Shown one piece after another: positions 1 through 10,085 of a DNA stretch of 40,689 nucleotides. The notes under the pieces are model-generated. The model worked only from the letters and a program-made list of their open reading frames with translations. It was not told where the DNA came from and did no database searches. Where the stretch lies: positions 37,658,973 to 37,699,661 of the forward strand of contig NC_068988.1 in assembly GCF_001194135.2 (NCBI RefSeq). The letters run 5' to 3'. How positions within the stretch are numbered: the stretch's first letter is position 1; every line of letters begins with the position of its first letter. This stretch comes from Octopus bimaculoides. Lineage: Eukaryota. Made by a program: the position numbers and the translations under genes.

Positions 1-49
1 ACACACACACATACACATGCACGCACGCACACACACACACACACGTCTA

Positions 50-158
50 AGCTTAGCAAAAATAATAAGTACTAGGGTCAATTCATTCGACAAAAAATTC
101 TTCAAGGCGGTGCCCCAGCATGGCCGCAGTCAATTGACTGAAACAAGTAAAAGATTAG
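50..158 (+). mobile_element. 3' tail of SINE family A
   Basis: AATAAGTACT...TTCTTCAAGGCGGTGCCCCAGCATGGCCGCAGTC...TGACTGAAACAAGTAAAAGA matches the reverse complement of the tails of the full copies at 26906-27287 and 36030-36390. Confidence 0.8.
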
Positions 159-409
159 AGAAATCAAATATACACAGCAAAATGTGTATGTGCGCGTCTT
201 ACCCGTATATATGTTTTTGCATGTATATTGCGCGCGCGCGCGCATTGTTTGGTTTCGATTTCACGTAGTTTCTCTTGGGACACTATTAGTCTTTCTGTGT
301 ATGTGCCTCTCTTTCTCCTTAGATTTTTTATTTGTTTATTTATTGTGATGTTATTTTGTTTCTCTACGAATAGGCAAAGTCAGTCAAAGCTCATTTGTTT
401 GAACTGCGT

Positions 410-443
<34 letters not shown>

Positions 444-848
444 TTCACGCAACACACTCACTCATACATACCCGCACATATAAATATACCTGCTCACTCC
501 AAGCACGCACATTCCTGTTAGGATATACACAGTTCATCCTATTCTCGAAAAAAATTTTTAAATTAAAAAAAAACCTTTTTTTTTCTGAAAGTTGATTCCA
601 CTTTCAGTTTGTCACAAGCTCTTCCAATTGTTGACGTGTGTTTTTTTATTTTTTAGTCATTCCCATCTGTTTTACTCTGTCTTTCACAAGCATACACACA
701 CGCATATAACACATACAAACTTAGCATGTGTTTAACAAGCTTGCGGTTAGCTGGAAGACTTTGTTTGTTTCAGTTCATTTATATATTTTTTATACAAACA
801 TCTATCATCTCGTTTCTCATACTTGTTGCTTCACTTTTTCTACGAAAG

Positions 849-1293
849 ATATGCCGACCGCTGGCAATGTGGAAGCCAAACTGAATGACTCCCATGATAA
901 CACTACATCTTGTTCTATCTTGCTTGTCCTAAAGAATGCTTTCCATTCTTGTGTACCGTTTTCGAAATTAAAGCTATTAGTAGAGAAAAATGGGTCGAAA
1001 AACACTTCTCCGCAAGAGATAGCGACTGTTTACGCGAATTTTGAACTTTTTAAATCTGGTCTGAATACGACTATTAATGACGGCGGTGATAGCTGCAATG
1101 GTGGTACTTGTGGTTATAATAATGGTTATGATGATTATTATAGTGAAGCCGTCCCACATCCACATGTACCCATCGGAAAAGTTAAAGAAAGTAGGATAGG
1201 CTTATTAAACGTTGAAGCCGGGATTGAAAATGTTCCGACGAAAATCGATGAGAGTTCTTCTAGTGTTATTAAATATCGCACGCCAAACTTCAG
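849..1293 (+). CDS. Coding exon (first or 5' coding exon) of an unidentified gene; paralog of 21175-21326
   Basis: Pyrimidine tract plus AG at 847-848, ATG at 851, open frame MPTAGNVEAK...NVEAGIENVPTKIDESSSSVIKYRTPNF, then TTCAG|GTAAGT donor at 1293/1294 (phase 2). The last 28 codons are conserved in the second exon with many synonymous changes. The 5' boundary is less certain than the 3' boundary. Confidence 0.8.
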
Positions 1294-1508
1294 GTAAGTT
1301 CTTGTTTGATTCTGTTATTATTTAGTAAAGAAGCATGCTCATAATTTGAAAAGTTGCCATTAACCAAGCATCAAAACACACACAGGTGTGTGTGTAAACA
1401 TTCGTATGTAAGTGTGTGTGTGTGTGTGTGTGTGTGTAAGCATGTGTATGTAAATGTGTAATGTGTGTGTAAGTATGTGTATGTAAATGTGTATTGTGCG
1501 TGTATGTA

Positions 1509-1745
1509 GAGGCGCGCGGCTAGGTGGTTAGAGTGTTGCACTCACGATCGTAAGATTGTAGTTTCGATTCTTTTATCAAGCGATGCGTTGTGATCTCTTT
1601 GAGCAAAACTCTTCATTTCACGTTGCTCCAGTCCACTCAACTGGCAAAAATGAGTAACCCTACGAGGGACGAGTGTCCCGTCCAGGGATGGGGGAATATC
1701 TACGCTGCAGAATCTGGAAAAACCAGCCCTATGAGCCAACGATCT
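1509..1745 (+). mobile_element. tRNA-headed SINE with CORE-like central region (family D)
   Basis: GGCGCGCGGCTAGGTGGTTAGAGTG (A box) ... GTTTCGATTC (B box), followed by TTGTGATCTCTTTGAGCAAAACTCTTCATTTCACGTTGCTCCAGTCCACTC; ends at a (CT)n tract. Confidence 0.75.
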
Positions 1746-1869
1746 TTAATCTCTCTCTCTCTCTCTCTCNNNNNNNNNNGGAGAAAATAAAGTAAAAAGG
1801 TAAAATATAAAGGAGGAATATATATATACATGTGTGTGTGGGGCCATATATATATATTTGTGTGTGGAC

Positions 1870-1905
<36 letters not shown>

Positions 1906-2083
1906 GCTGTATACTCTGAATATGTATACATACATACACACACACATATATATATATATATTTATTTATATGTTTATCCATGCGTACATGTTATATCAAT
2001 GTTTGTTTTTATGTTGTTATAAAAATAGTTTTACATTAGTATGTAGAATACAAATTTATTATTCGTATACAAGAATGTTGTTG

Positions 2084-2128
2084 ATAGTGACTTCGAAGTT
2101 TCGGCCAGCTAAGCCATCGTCATATTAA
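2084..2128 (-). ncRNA. Degenerate minimal hammerhead ribozyme motif (Penelope type)
   Basis: Minus strand reads AUGACGA-U-GGCU uagcu GGCC-GAAACUUCGAAGU-C. C3 is mutated to A, stem II is intact and helix III is a perfect palindrome ending at a GUC site. Confidence 0.5.
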
Positions 2129-3217
2129 TGTTTATGTGTACATATATGTATGTAAGTGTATATAAATATATAATATAAATGTGTGTATATATATATATAG
2201 ATATATATATACACACACACACATTGCCTATGCTTATATGTGTATTCATGTCAGTGTGTGTGTGTAGAGAGAGAGAAAAACATTTAACTTGTATATTATT
2301 TAATAACAATAACAACGACCAATTGTGTAGCGATAGTATAACCATCAGCCGTCACTCTAATGATTAAAAAGAAATCGGTTGAGTAACAGTGACTTATTGA
2401 CTTTATTGTAACAAACAGTGTGACTGACCATATATCGATTCTATCTGGATGATATGATCACACATAGATACTTACAGTAACAATGTTATTGGTTAGCTGT
2501 GTACAAGCACACATCAAATTACGTCCTTTTTTTTTATGAAATTAATGGAAAAATAAACCACAACTTGAATCGCTTTATTCGAGTTTACGTCGGTCTCAGC
2601 GAACATGTTGAAAAGCATAAAAGTAAATAAAAAAAAAACACCTAAGAACCAAAACTCAAGTGCAAAATTAAATAAAATGCATGCGCATATATGTACATAG
2701 CATTTATTAAAACACATGTAAGCTAATAAAGTTTTTAAAATGTATTTTCATACTGCGTCGATTTTCGAGTGAAGTTACATATCTCGGGACCAGTTACCGA
2801 CGTAAGTTGAGGTATGCCTGAACTAATATTATAGCTTGAGTGAGTGTTTAACTATTTACTGTCCAGTTTTGTTTCCACAGTGAAAACTATATTGACAGAT
2901 AACCATCTCATGAATGCTCGTAGAATTACGTTTTAGATAGTGTTAGCCTATCGAATGTGTGTGTAACATTTTATCGATTCTGCTCTATATATTTCTCTAC
3001 AGAAACTCTGTTATTAGTCAGTTAGTTGGTTATCTCTTTCATTTTTAATTAATTATAATAAATATTTTAGGAATTCTTCGAAACCAGATTGTATTCGCAT
3101 ACACACATTCTCTTTCTTTCTCTCTCTCTTTCTTTCTTTCTCTCTCTCTCTCTTTCTTCTTCTCCCTCTCTTTCTCTCTCTCTCTCTCTCTCCTTCTCTA
3201 TCTCAGACACACTCGTA

Positions 3218-3374
3218 CAAGGACTGTTTTTAGTAGCATCATAGGACCTCGGATAAATCACTGCACAGGGCCCAATAGAATTTATTCATTGAGAGCAAAC
3301 CACAGAAGTGGGCCCCTAGACTCGGGAGTCCCCTGGGAAACTGCCTAGTGTGCCATAGTCTTAAGACACCGACC
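3218..3374. mobile_element. hAT-like MITE, degenerate; same family as 39074-39243
   Basis: Aligns end to end with the reverse complement of 39074-39243 (CAAGGACTGTTTTTAGTAGCATCATAGGACC ... GGAAACTGCCTAGTGTGCCATAGTCTTAAGAC). Confidence 0.6.
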
Positions 3375-4327
3375 CGACCCGCACGCATGCACGCACGTAT
3401 ACACAGTTCTCTGCCAATGCTGTTCTGTTTTTAAAAAAAGGCAGGATCTTTTTTAAAACGGGGGCCACATTTTTCATTAATGTTTTACGTAGTGTTTTTG
3501 GTACGGAAAGACTTTCAAACTTCGTATACTTATCTATTTTGTGTTATAGAACAGAAAAATATTTTTGTATTCGAATTTATTTCATGTAAAAAAATTGTCT
3601 TATTTCGATAATTTCAACCAATCACTGACAAGTATTCAGTTGTTTATATTTACTCCTTTGGCTGATTAAGCGGAGTAAAGCGTATTTAATTTCCATAGCT
3701 TCGTTTTGCTTTTTTCTTTTTAAATTTGCTGTTTTNNNNNNNNNNNNNNNNNNNNNNNNNNNNNNNNNNNNNNNNNNNNNNNNNNNNNNNNNNNNNNNNN
3801 NNNNNNNNNNNNNNNNNNNNNNNNNNNNNNNNNNNNNNNNNNNNNNNNNNNNNNNNNNNNNNNNNNNNNNNNNNNNNNNNNNNNNNNNNNNNNNNNNNNN
3901 NNNNNNNNNNNNNNNNNNNNNNNNNNNNNNNNNNNNNNNNNNNNNNNNNNNNNNNNNNNNNNNNNNNNNNNNNNNNNNNNNNNNNNNNNNNNNNNNNNNN
4001 NNNNNNNNNNNNNNNNNNNNNNNNNNNNNNNNNNNNNNNNNNNNNNNNNNNNNNNNNNNNNNNNNNNNNNNNNNNNNNNNNNNNNNNNNNNNNNNNNNNN
4101 NNNNNNNNNNNNNNNNNNNNNNNNNNNNNNNNNNNNNNNNNNNNNNNNNNNNNNNNNNNNNNNNNNNNNNNNNNNNNNNNNNNNNNNNNNNNNNNNNNNN
4201 NNNNNNNNNNNNNNNNNNNNNNNNNNNNNNNNNNNNNNNNNNNNNNNNNNNNNNNNNNNNNNNNNNNNNNNNNNNNNNNNNNNNNNNNNNNNNNNNNNAT
4301 ATATATATATATATATATATACATATA

Positions 4328-4488
4328 TACGACAGGCTTCTTTCAGTTTCCGTCTACTAAATCCACTCACAAGGCTTTGGTCGGCCCGAAGCTATAGTAG
4401 AAGACACTTGCCCAAGATGCCACGCAGTGGGACTGAACCCGGGACCATGTGGTTGGTAAGCAAGCTACTTACCACACAGCCACTCCTA
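4328..4488 (-). mobile_element. SINE family A (tRNA head plus CORE-like region), 3' part lost in the N gap
   Basis: Reverse complement reads GGAGTGGCTGTGTGGTAAGTAGCTTGCTTACCAACCACATGGTCCCGGGTTCAGTCCCACTGCGTGGCATCTTGGGCAAGTGTCTTCTACTATAG; near-identical to other copies in the window. Confidence 0.9.
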
Positions 4489-4964
4489 CACATATTTTAT
4501 ACACCAGAGTTTTTATATTTATCACCATGTGCATAGTACATACATTTACATTTTCACATTTACAAACATGTACAAATACGGAATTACACAGACACACACA
4601 CAAGCATACGCGCGCACACCCACAACGCACGCATAATGTTGTAATGCCTGTGACATTTCGTTTTGCAAAGTCTCATCTTCCAGCGATCATTTATTTTCCT
4701 CACCCTCCCAAGAACAGATTATTTCCCGGTTAAAATTGAAATAGGGTCCGATTAACAGCTTTTCTACTGCTATCCTAGTTGATTGAATAGTAAATCAGTG
4801 ACGATGGGGAGGGGTGAAGCGGAAACAGCTTATTCTATATTCTCAACAATATAACTTGAGGAACGGGCTGCATACTAAATTCACACATATACGGGCAAGT
4901 CCCAGTATATGAGCTGATAGCGTCTTCGTCTTACTGAGATTATCTGTGCAATTAGTTGGCAAAC

Positions 4965-5185
4965 ACTCATTCTAGGGACTCTTATCTGGAGTACCGCCTC
5001 GAAGGGTTTAGTCGAACAAATCGACCCTAAATAATTATGTAATTCTTTTTTTTTTTTTTAAGTCTGGTACTTATTGTGTCTGTTTCTTTTTCTCGGACCC
5101 CTTAGTTGTGGAGACGTAAGCAAACCAGCATCGGTTGTCAAGCGGCGGAGGGCACAAACACAACACAAGCACTTACACACAAAGA

Positions 5186-5217
<32 letters not shown>

Positions 5218-5420
5218 AATGGTTGTTGTTAATACGCGCGCTTACACACCCACACACACATACTTGATGGGCTTCTTTCAGTTTCCGCCTACCAAATCCA
5301 CTCACAAGGCTTTGATCGGCCCGGGGCTACAGTTGAAGACACCTGCCCAAGGTGCCACGCAATGGGATCGAACCCAAAACTGTATGGTTGGGAAGCAAGC
5401 TTCTTAACCACACAGCCACG
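4965..5420 (-). mobile_element. SINE family A, near full length with internal (TA)n/(CA)n
   Basis: Head at ~5255-5420, microsatellite spacer, and tail (CAGCATCGGTTGTCAAGCG, TTAGTCGAACAAATCGACC) collinear with 26906-27287. Confidence 0.85.
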
Positions 5421-5957
5421 TTTGCATCTATAAAAAAAATATGGAACACTGCACTAATCTGTGCGTCATCTTTGCGCTGGGGCCATGCTAATCTTCTCTG
5501 TATCGTTCTAATTTTAGTGTATGTACTTCCAGAACTTAAGGATTTAAAATCAAGCAAGGGACATAATTTCGCTAAGATCAATTAATTGAACTGATTGGAA
5601 AATAGAGAAAATGCAACACGAGAATGGATTTGATGATTAAAGTTACGAGTGTGGTTCGGTTTTATTAGATCTCCTTAGCAAAGCATATTCTATTCAGTTG
5701 GCAAGTCTATAAAGCTGATCAGTAAATATAGATTTAGAGAAAATGTAGTGACTCCGAATATGAATATTTTCAAAGATTCGTTCTGTACGTGAAATAGATT
5801 TTAAACATCACTAAAGGAAGTTTTTGTCTCTTAATTGCGTGGATAATCTCAGTTAAGAGGAAGCTTTTCAACTCAGTGTATTACATAAGTGAGACCCTAT
5901 CGTATTTTATTCAGTGTATTCTACAACATGACGAGCTATTAAGGTAGTCTATAAAGC

Positions 5958-6106
5958 TAGACATGGGCAACCATGTTTTCGAGAAAAGAATCACATGAGA
6001 CACGGCTCATCATTAGGTGGGCCGCATTACTAAAAAGATTCAAAGCAATTTTTCGTTAGGTCTGGTATTTAGAAAGTCCTGCGGACTGAAAGTTTGCTCA
6101 TGACAC
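5958..6106. mobile_element. hAT-like MITE
   Basis: Imperfect TIRs TAGACATGGGCAA / TTGCTCATGACAC; flanks TATAAAGC / TTTAAACC match at 6 of 8 positions. Confidence 0.5.
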
Positions 6107-6110
6107 TTTA

Positions 6111-6363
6111 AACCAGTTCTCAACAGGGGTTCATATGACCCTTGCGGGGTCCATATAAGATTTTGTTGTTGAAACTTATGTGCAATAAATTGGTTATACT
6201 TCTACGAAACACTTAATACTTTAACAGTTTTTTTATATTGTTCTTAATAATATTTAATTATAAAAATTAAATAAGATTTTTTTAAAGCATCGGACAGTTA
6301 TGAGGGTCCAGTTAAGTAAAACAGGAATTAAAGGAATCCATAGTAAACGGTTGGGAAGCACTA
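6111..6363. mobile_element. hAT-Charlie-like MITE
   Basis: Ends CCAGTTCTCAACAGGGG ... GGTTGGGAAGCACTA resemble CAGTGGTTCTCAAC-type TIRs; internal GGGGTCCAT/GAGGGTCCA repeats. Confidence 0.5.
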
Positions 6364-6544
6364 GTCAAAGCGGTCGCTCAACGTATTAAAAAAAAAAAAG
6401 CAGCTAAATCTTCCTCCAAAGCAACATACTTATTTTAAAAAAAGCAAGTGGTGAGCAGCTTCGTGTTTCATGCAGTTGGGTAACCTTTCTTTGGATGTCA
6501 GCTTAGCACAGGAGTTCTACGCAGCCCACCAATCACTGGGTCGA

Positions 6545-6855
6545 GGACTAGTACTAGAATAGAAAGTGATTCAAAGTGATGAAGAATAGTTAGCAAGATC
6601 AAAGGGGTTGCACTTCTTGGAAATGAGACACACTGTAGTGAGTTTCAAAAGATTGGAATATATGATTAAAATATATGCATACAGAAAGAGGAAGGATTGA
6701 AGAGTTTGGTGAGGATAGGGGTTGCTCTGCTATGCATTGTGTGAAGGTAATGGAAGAGACATTGTCAGGGCTGGTGCTTTGTTGGTCTGAACCGATTCTG
6801 CGGAGTGATGTGCTTGTTGGAATGGAGAGAGATAATTTGGTAAGAGATTTACCCA
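6545..6855 (-). pseudogene. CR1/Jockey-group LINE reverse-transcriptase relic, interrupted by a MITE
   Basis: Minus-strand translation STSPDNVSSITFTQC..., then after a frameshift ISKKCNPFDLANYSSSL; resembles the LINE ORF2 motifs PGPD...C and PIPKKGxxxDPANYRPI. Confidence 0.6.
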
Positions 6856-6863
6856 AGAATCTT

Positions 6864-7108
6864 GGTACTACTAAAGCAGCACGGTCCCGAACGTGCAGTC
6901 ACGCAGTCGCGCGTCCGCGCTAGCTAGTCGTGAGTGGTCGATCCTAACCCTATCCCTAATCCTAACCCTAACTCTATCCCTATCCCTATCCCTAACCCGC
7001 GTGTGCAAATGAATACGTGTTTAGGGTTAGGGTTAGGATCGACCACTCACGACTAGCTAGCGCGGACGCGCGACTGCGCGTTCGGGACCGTGCTGCTTTA
7101 GTAGTACC
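6864..7108. mobile_element. Merlin-like MITE/foldback with telomere-type repeats and a perfect 8-bp TSD
   Basis: About 80-bp near-perfect inverted arms starting GGTACTACTAAAGCAGCACGGTCCCGAACG, with (CCCTAA/CCCTAT)n and (TTAGGG)n inside. AGAATCTT is directly repeated at 6856-6863 and 7109-7116. Confidence 0.85.
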
Positions 7109-7857
7109 AGAATCTTCTGGGAAATTTGCTTGATCCGTCGCCTGACGCGACCTTTGGATGCTTTTCATAGAGAAATGTTATTTTCAAAGCGGAAACCAAC
7201 AGGGTTCCAGGTTTGAGAATAAAATTTCTTCACACTAGTCACGGTGACCCAGAAAAGTACTGACCCCCCCCCCCCNNNNNNNNNNNNNNNNNNNNNNNNN
7301 NNNNNNNNNNNNNNNNNNNNNNNNNNNNNNNNNNNNNNCCCCCCACTCACCCGACTAAACCATTACATATGAAATTCAAAAGAAAAAAAATGGATTCCTA
7401 TAAATTGCAACGTTCCTGAATAATTAACAAGACGCTTGTAAGCTTTCTGTATTGTGTTAGTGTTAAACTCCAAGTCACCTTGAATCAGCAAACCTATGAT
7501 CAAAGGCATTCCGGTCGTGGCTATCTTGTTTTTCTTTCTTATATGCAAATAAATACAAGAGCACGCTCTCCAATACTTTCTCTACTATGATTTGAAGGAG
7601 ATTTCGCTGCTATTTCTTGCAGGTTAAGCAAGTACGTAGAGGTTCTCTTATTGGCTCAAGGAAAGTGTTCATGCATTTAGACTTAATCTGTCGACAGGTT
7701 GAATTCCCTCATCTGGCCTTTAGGTGTCGTTAGCAAAGACCTCTCGGCATGTCTCATGTCTGCATATAATTTAATCTTTTCCTCTTATTAGTTCGTAGTT
7801 CTTAAAAGGAGAGATAGGCCCTACTCTTCCCCCTCTGAGTATACCAGAAGCAATAAC

Positions 7858-8140
7858 AACAACAAGAGCATTCAGAGAGCGGAAACACCAACGTCGTCTC
7901 AACGATTAGCCAGAGGTGATTTTTAAAATGAGAATATTTGAAATAAAGTCGACTGCTCTCACAAACGAGAATACTAAAAATGAACCCGACCGATCTCGAA
8001 AACTAAGTATTAAAAAGAAACGGAAAAATAATCCCAAATCCTTGTCCGGTACCTGATCGATTCCAATGGTTGTCATGGAATGTGAAGGTGGTTGTAGAAA
8101 ATTTAGTAACAGTAAAAAATAGTTTATCCTTATCTAATAA
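7858..8140. mobile_element. Non-autonomous interspersed element (possibly Helitron/Helentron-associated)
   Basis: AACAAGAGCATTCAGAGAGCG... resembles an abundant molluscan repeat from memory; class not verified. Confidence 0.35.
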
Positions 8141-8352
8141 AAGCCAAAGTTAACAAATTCACCATTCAAAATAGTTTCAAAGGCGGAGGTAATAATAATA
8201 ATAAGTTCAACTCAAGAATTTTTAAATGAATAGCATGAGAACTTTTGGTTTTCTCTTCTCCGGCCTTCCTTTAGTATTACTGTTGTTTTAGATCGATGTA
8301 TGGATGTATACACATATGTGTAAGTATACTGTAAAATGTTAATATGTATGTA

Positions 8353-8690
8353 TCTATATATATAAAAATGAGAATGTGTGTCTGTCTGTCTGTGTGAATC
8401 CCTAAAACTCGAGAACTACGCAACCAATTTCATTCAAATTTTACACATGCCTTACTTAGGGTTCCAGTTGTGTTTTAGTCAAAAAAATTTTTTAACTTCT
8501 TGCAGAGTTCGAGCACACGGCAACATAATATCTCTTCCACTATTTAAGTATTACGTGTCAAAAGTGAAACAAAAACACTCATGTCAATTACTTTCACTTT
8601 AAAAATGAAACTATTCCACTAACTGAAACAATCACATTTCGATACTGTAATGACAGATACTTTCACAGAGAGAGAGAGAGAGATGTATAT
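8353..8690 (+). mobile_element. Helitron 5' terminal region
   Basis: A|TCTATATATATAAAAATGAG followed by a (TGTC)n tract is a typical Helitron 5' TC end; a helicase fragment follows across the gap. Confidence 0.6.
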
Positions 8691-9393
8691 GTATACATAT
8701 ACATNNNNNNNNNNNNNNNNNNNNNNNNNNNNNNNNNNNNNNNNNNNNNNNNNNNNNNNNNNNNNNNNNNNNNNNNNNNNNNNNNNNNNNNNNNNNNNNN
8801 NNNNNNNNNNNNNNNNNNNNNNNNNNNNNNNNNNNNNNNNNNNNNNNNNNNNNNNNNNNNNNNNNNNNNNNNNNNNNNNNNNNNNNNNNNNNNNNNNNNN
8901 NNNNNNNNNNNNNNNNNNNNNNNNNNNNNNNNNNNNNNNNNNNNNNNNNNNNNNNNNNNNNNNNNNNNNNNNNNNNNNNNNNNNNNNNNNNNNNNNNNNN
9001 NNNNNNNNNNNNNNNNNNNNNNNNNNNNNNNNNNNNNNNNNNNNNNNNNNNNNNNNNNNNNNNNNNNNNNNNNNNNNNNNNNNNNNNNNNNNNNNNNNNN
9101 NNNNNNNNNNNNNNNNNNNNNNNNNNNNNNNNNNNNNNNNNNNNNNNNNNNNNNNNNNNNNNNNNNNNNNNNNNNNNNNNNNNNNNNNNNNNNNNNNNNN
9201 NNNNNNNNNNNNNNNNNNNNNNNNNNNNNNNNNNNNNNNNNNNNNNNNNNNNNNNNNNNNNNNNNNNNNNNNNNNNNNNNNNNNNNNNNNNNNNNTATAC
9301 TTACATTGTGATTTCTGCAATGTGGTGCATAAATTGTCAAGTAAATGAGACGCATCTTTGCCTCCACTGATTCACTTGCAAAGTGTTGAATAA

Positions 9394-9657
9394 AATTATT
9401 TCGTTGCAGACCTCCGGCCATTTTGTTCTGTTGTTAATTCTGTAGATGACCTCAAACACAAAGTCTTTCCCAACTTTAAACAAAACTACCAAAGTCAGAA
9501 TTGGCTATGTGAAAGAGCAATATTAGCTCCAAAAAACGTAGCTGTTACAAAAATTAATCAACACCTGATGCATTCTCTTCCCGGCGATCTTCAAACTTAC
9601 AAGTCTGTTGATACAGTTCCAGATACAAATGAAGTGGTGAACTATCCTCCTGAATAG
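9394..9657 (+). pseudogene. Helitron RepHel PIF1-type helicase fragment
   Basis: Open frame FCSVVNSVDDLKHKVFPNFKQNYQSQNWLCERAILAPKNVAVTKINQHLMHSLPGDLQTYKSVDTVPDTNEVVNYPPE contains the WLCERAILAPKN and YKSVD..NYP motifs of Helitron helicases; truncated at a SINE. Confidence 0.9.
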
Positions 9658-9659
9658 AC

Positions 9660-9860
9660 ACAAAACCTGAAAATTTGGGGGGAAGGGGCTAGTCGATTAT
9701 ATCGACCCAGTCTTCAACTGGTACTTATTTCATCAACTCCGAAAGGATGAAAGGCAAAGTCGACCTCGGCGAAATTTGAACTCAGAACATAAATACGGAC
9801 GAAATGCCGCTAAGCATTTCGCCTGGCGTGCATACGATTCTGCCAGCTCACTACCTTAAT
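9660..9860 (-). mobile_element. SINE family B
   Basis: Reverse complement of GAGCTGGCAGAATCGT...ATGCTTAGCG...GTTCTGAGTTCAAATT..GCCGAGGTCGACTTTGCCTTTCATCCTTTCGG...AAGTACCAGTT. Confidence 0.9.
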
Positions 9861-9884
9861 AATAATAATAATAATAATAATAAT

Positions 9885-10085
9885 TCTCTCTACTATAGGC
9901 ATAAGGCCGGCAATGTTAAGGGGATGAGTTAGTCGATCTTGTCGACTCTAGCGCGTAACTGGTACTTATTTCATCGAACCCGAATATGAAAGGCCAATTC
10001 GACCTCAGCGCAAATTTGAACTCAGAATGTACAGACGAAATGCTGCTAAGCATCTATCCAGCATGCTAACGATTCTGCCAGCTCA
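9885..10085 (-). mobile_element. SINE family B, tandem partner of 9660-9860
   Basis: Same consensus and orientation; separated from its neighbour by (TAA)n. Confidence 0.85.

Noticed and set aside
728-848. Upstream part of the 189-aa ORF
   Set aside because: It starts at GTG and lies upstream of a plausible acceptor (AG 847-848) and the first in-frame ATG at 851; probably intron or UTR
1509-1575. tRNA genes at SINE heads (also 4430-4488, 27230-27287, 36330-36390)
   Set aside because: A and B boxes are present but there is no full cloverleaf, and they run straight into multi-copy SINE bodies
17-2367. Many ORFs rich in YIYI, CVCV, THTH or ERER here and elsewhere in the window
   Set aside because: They are translations of (TA)n, (CA)n and (GA)n microsatellites
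6943-7037. TTAGGG/CCCTAA repeats as a true telomere or chromosome fusion site
   Set aside because: They are short, internal to inverted arms and bracketed by an exact 8-bp TSD, so they belong to a transposon
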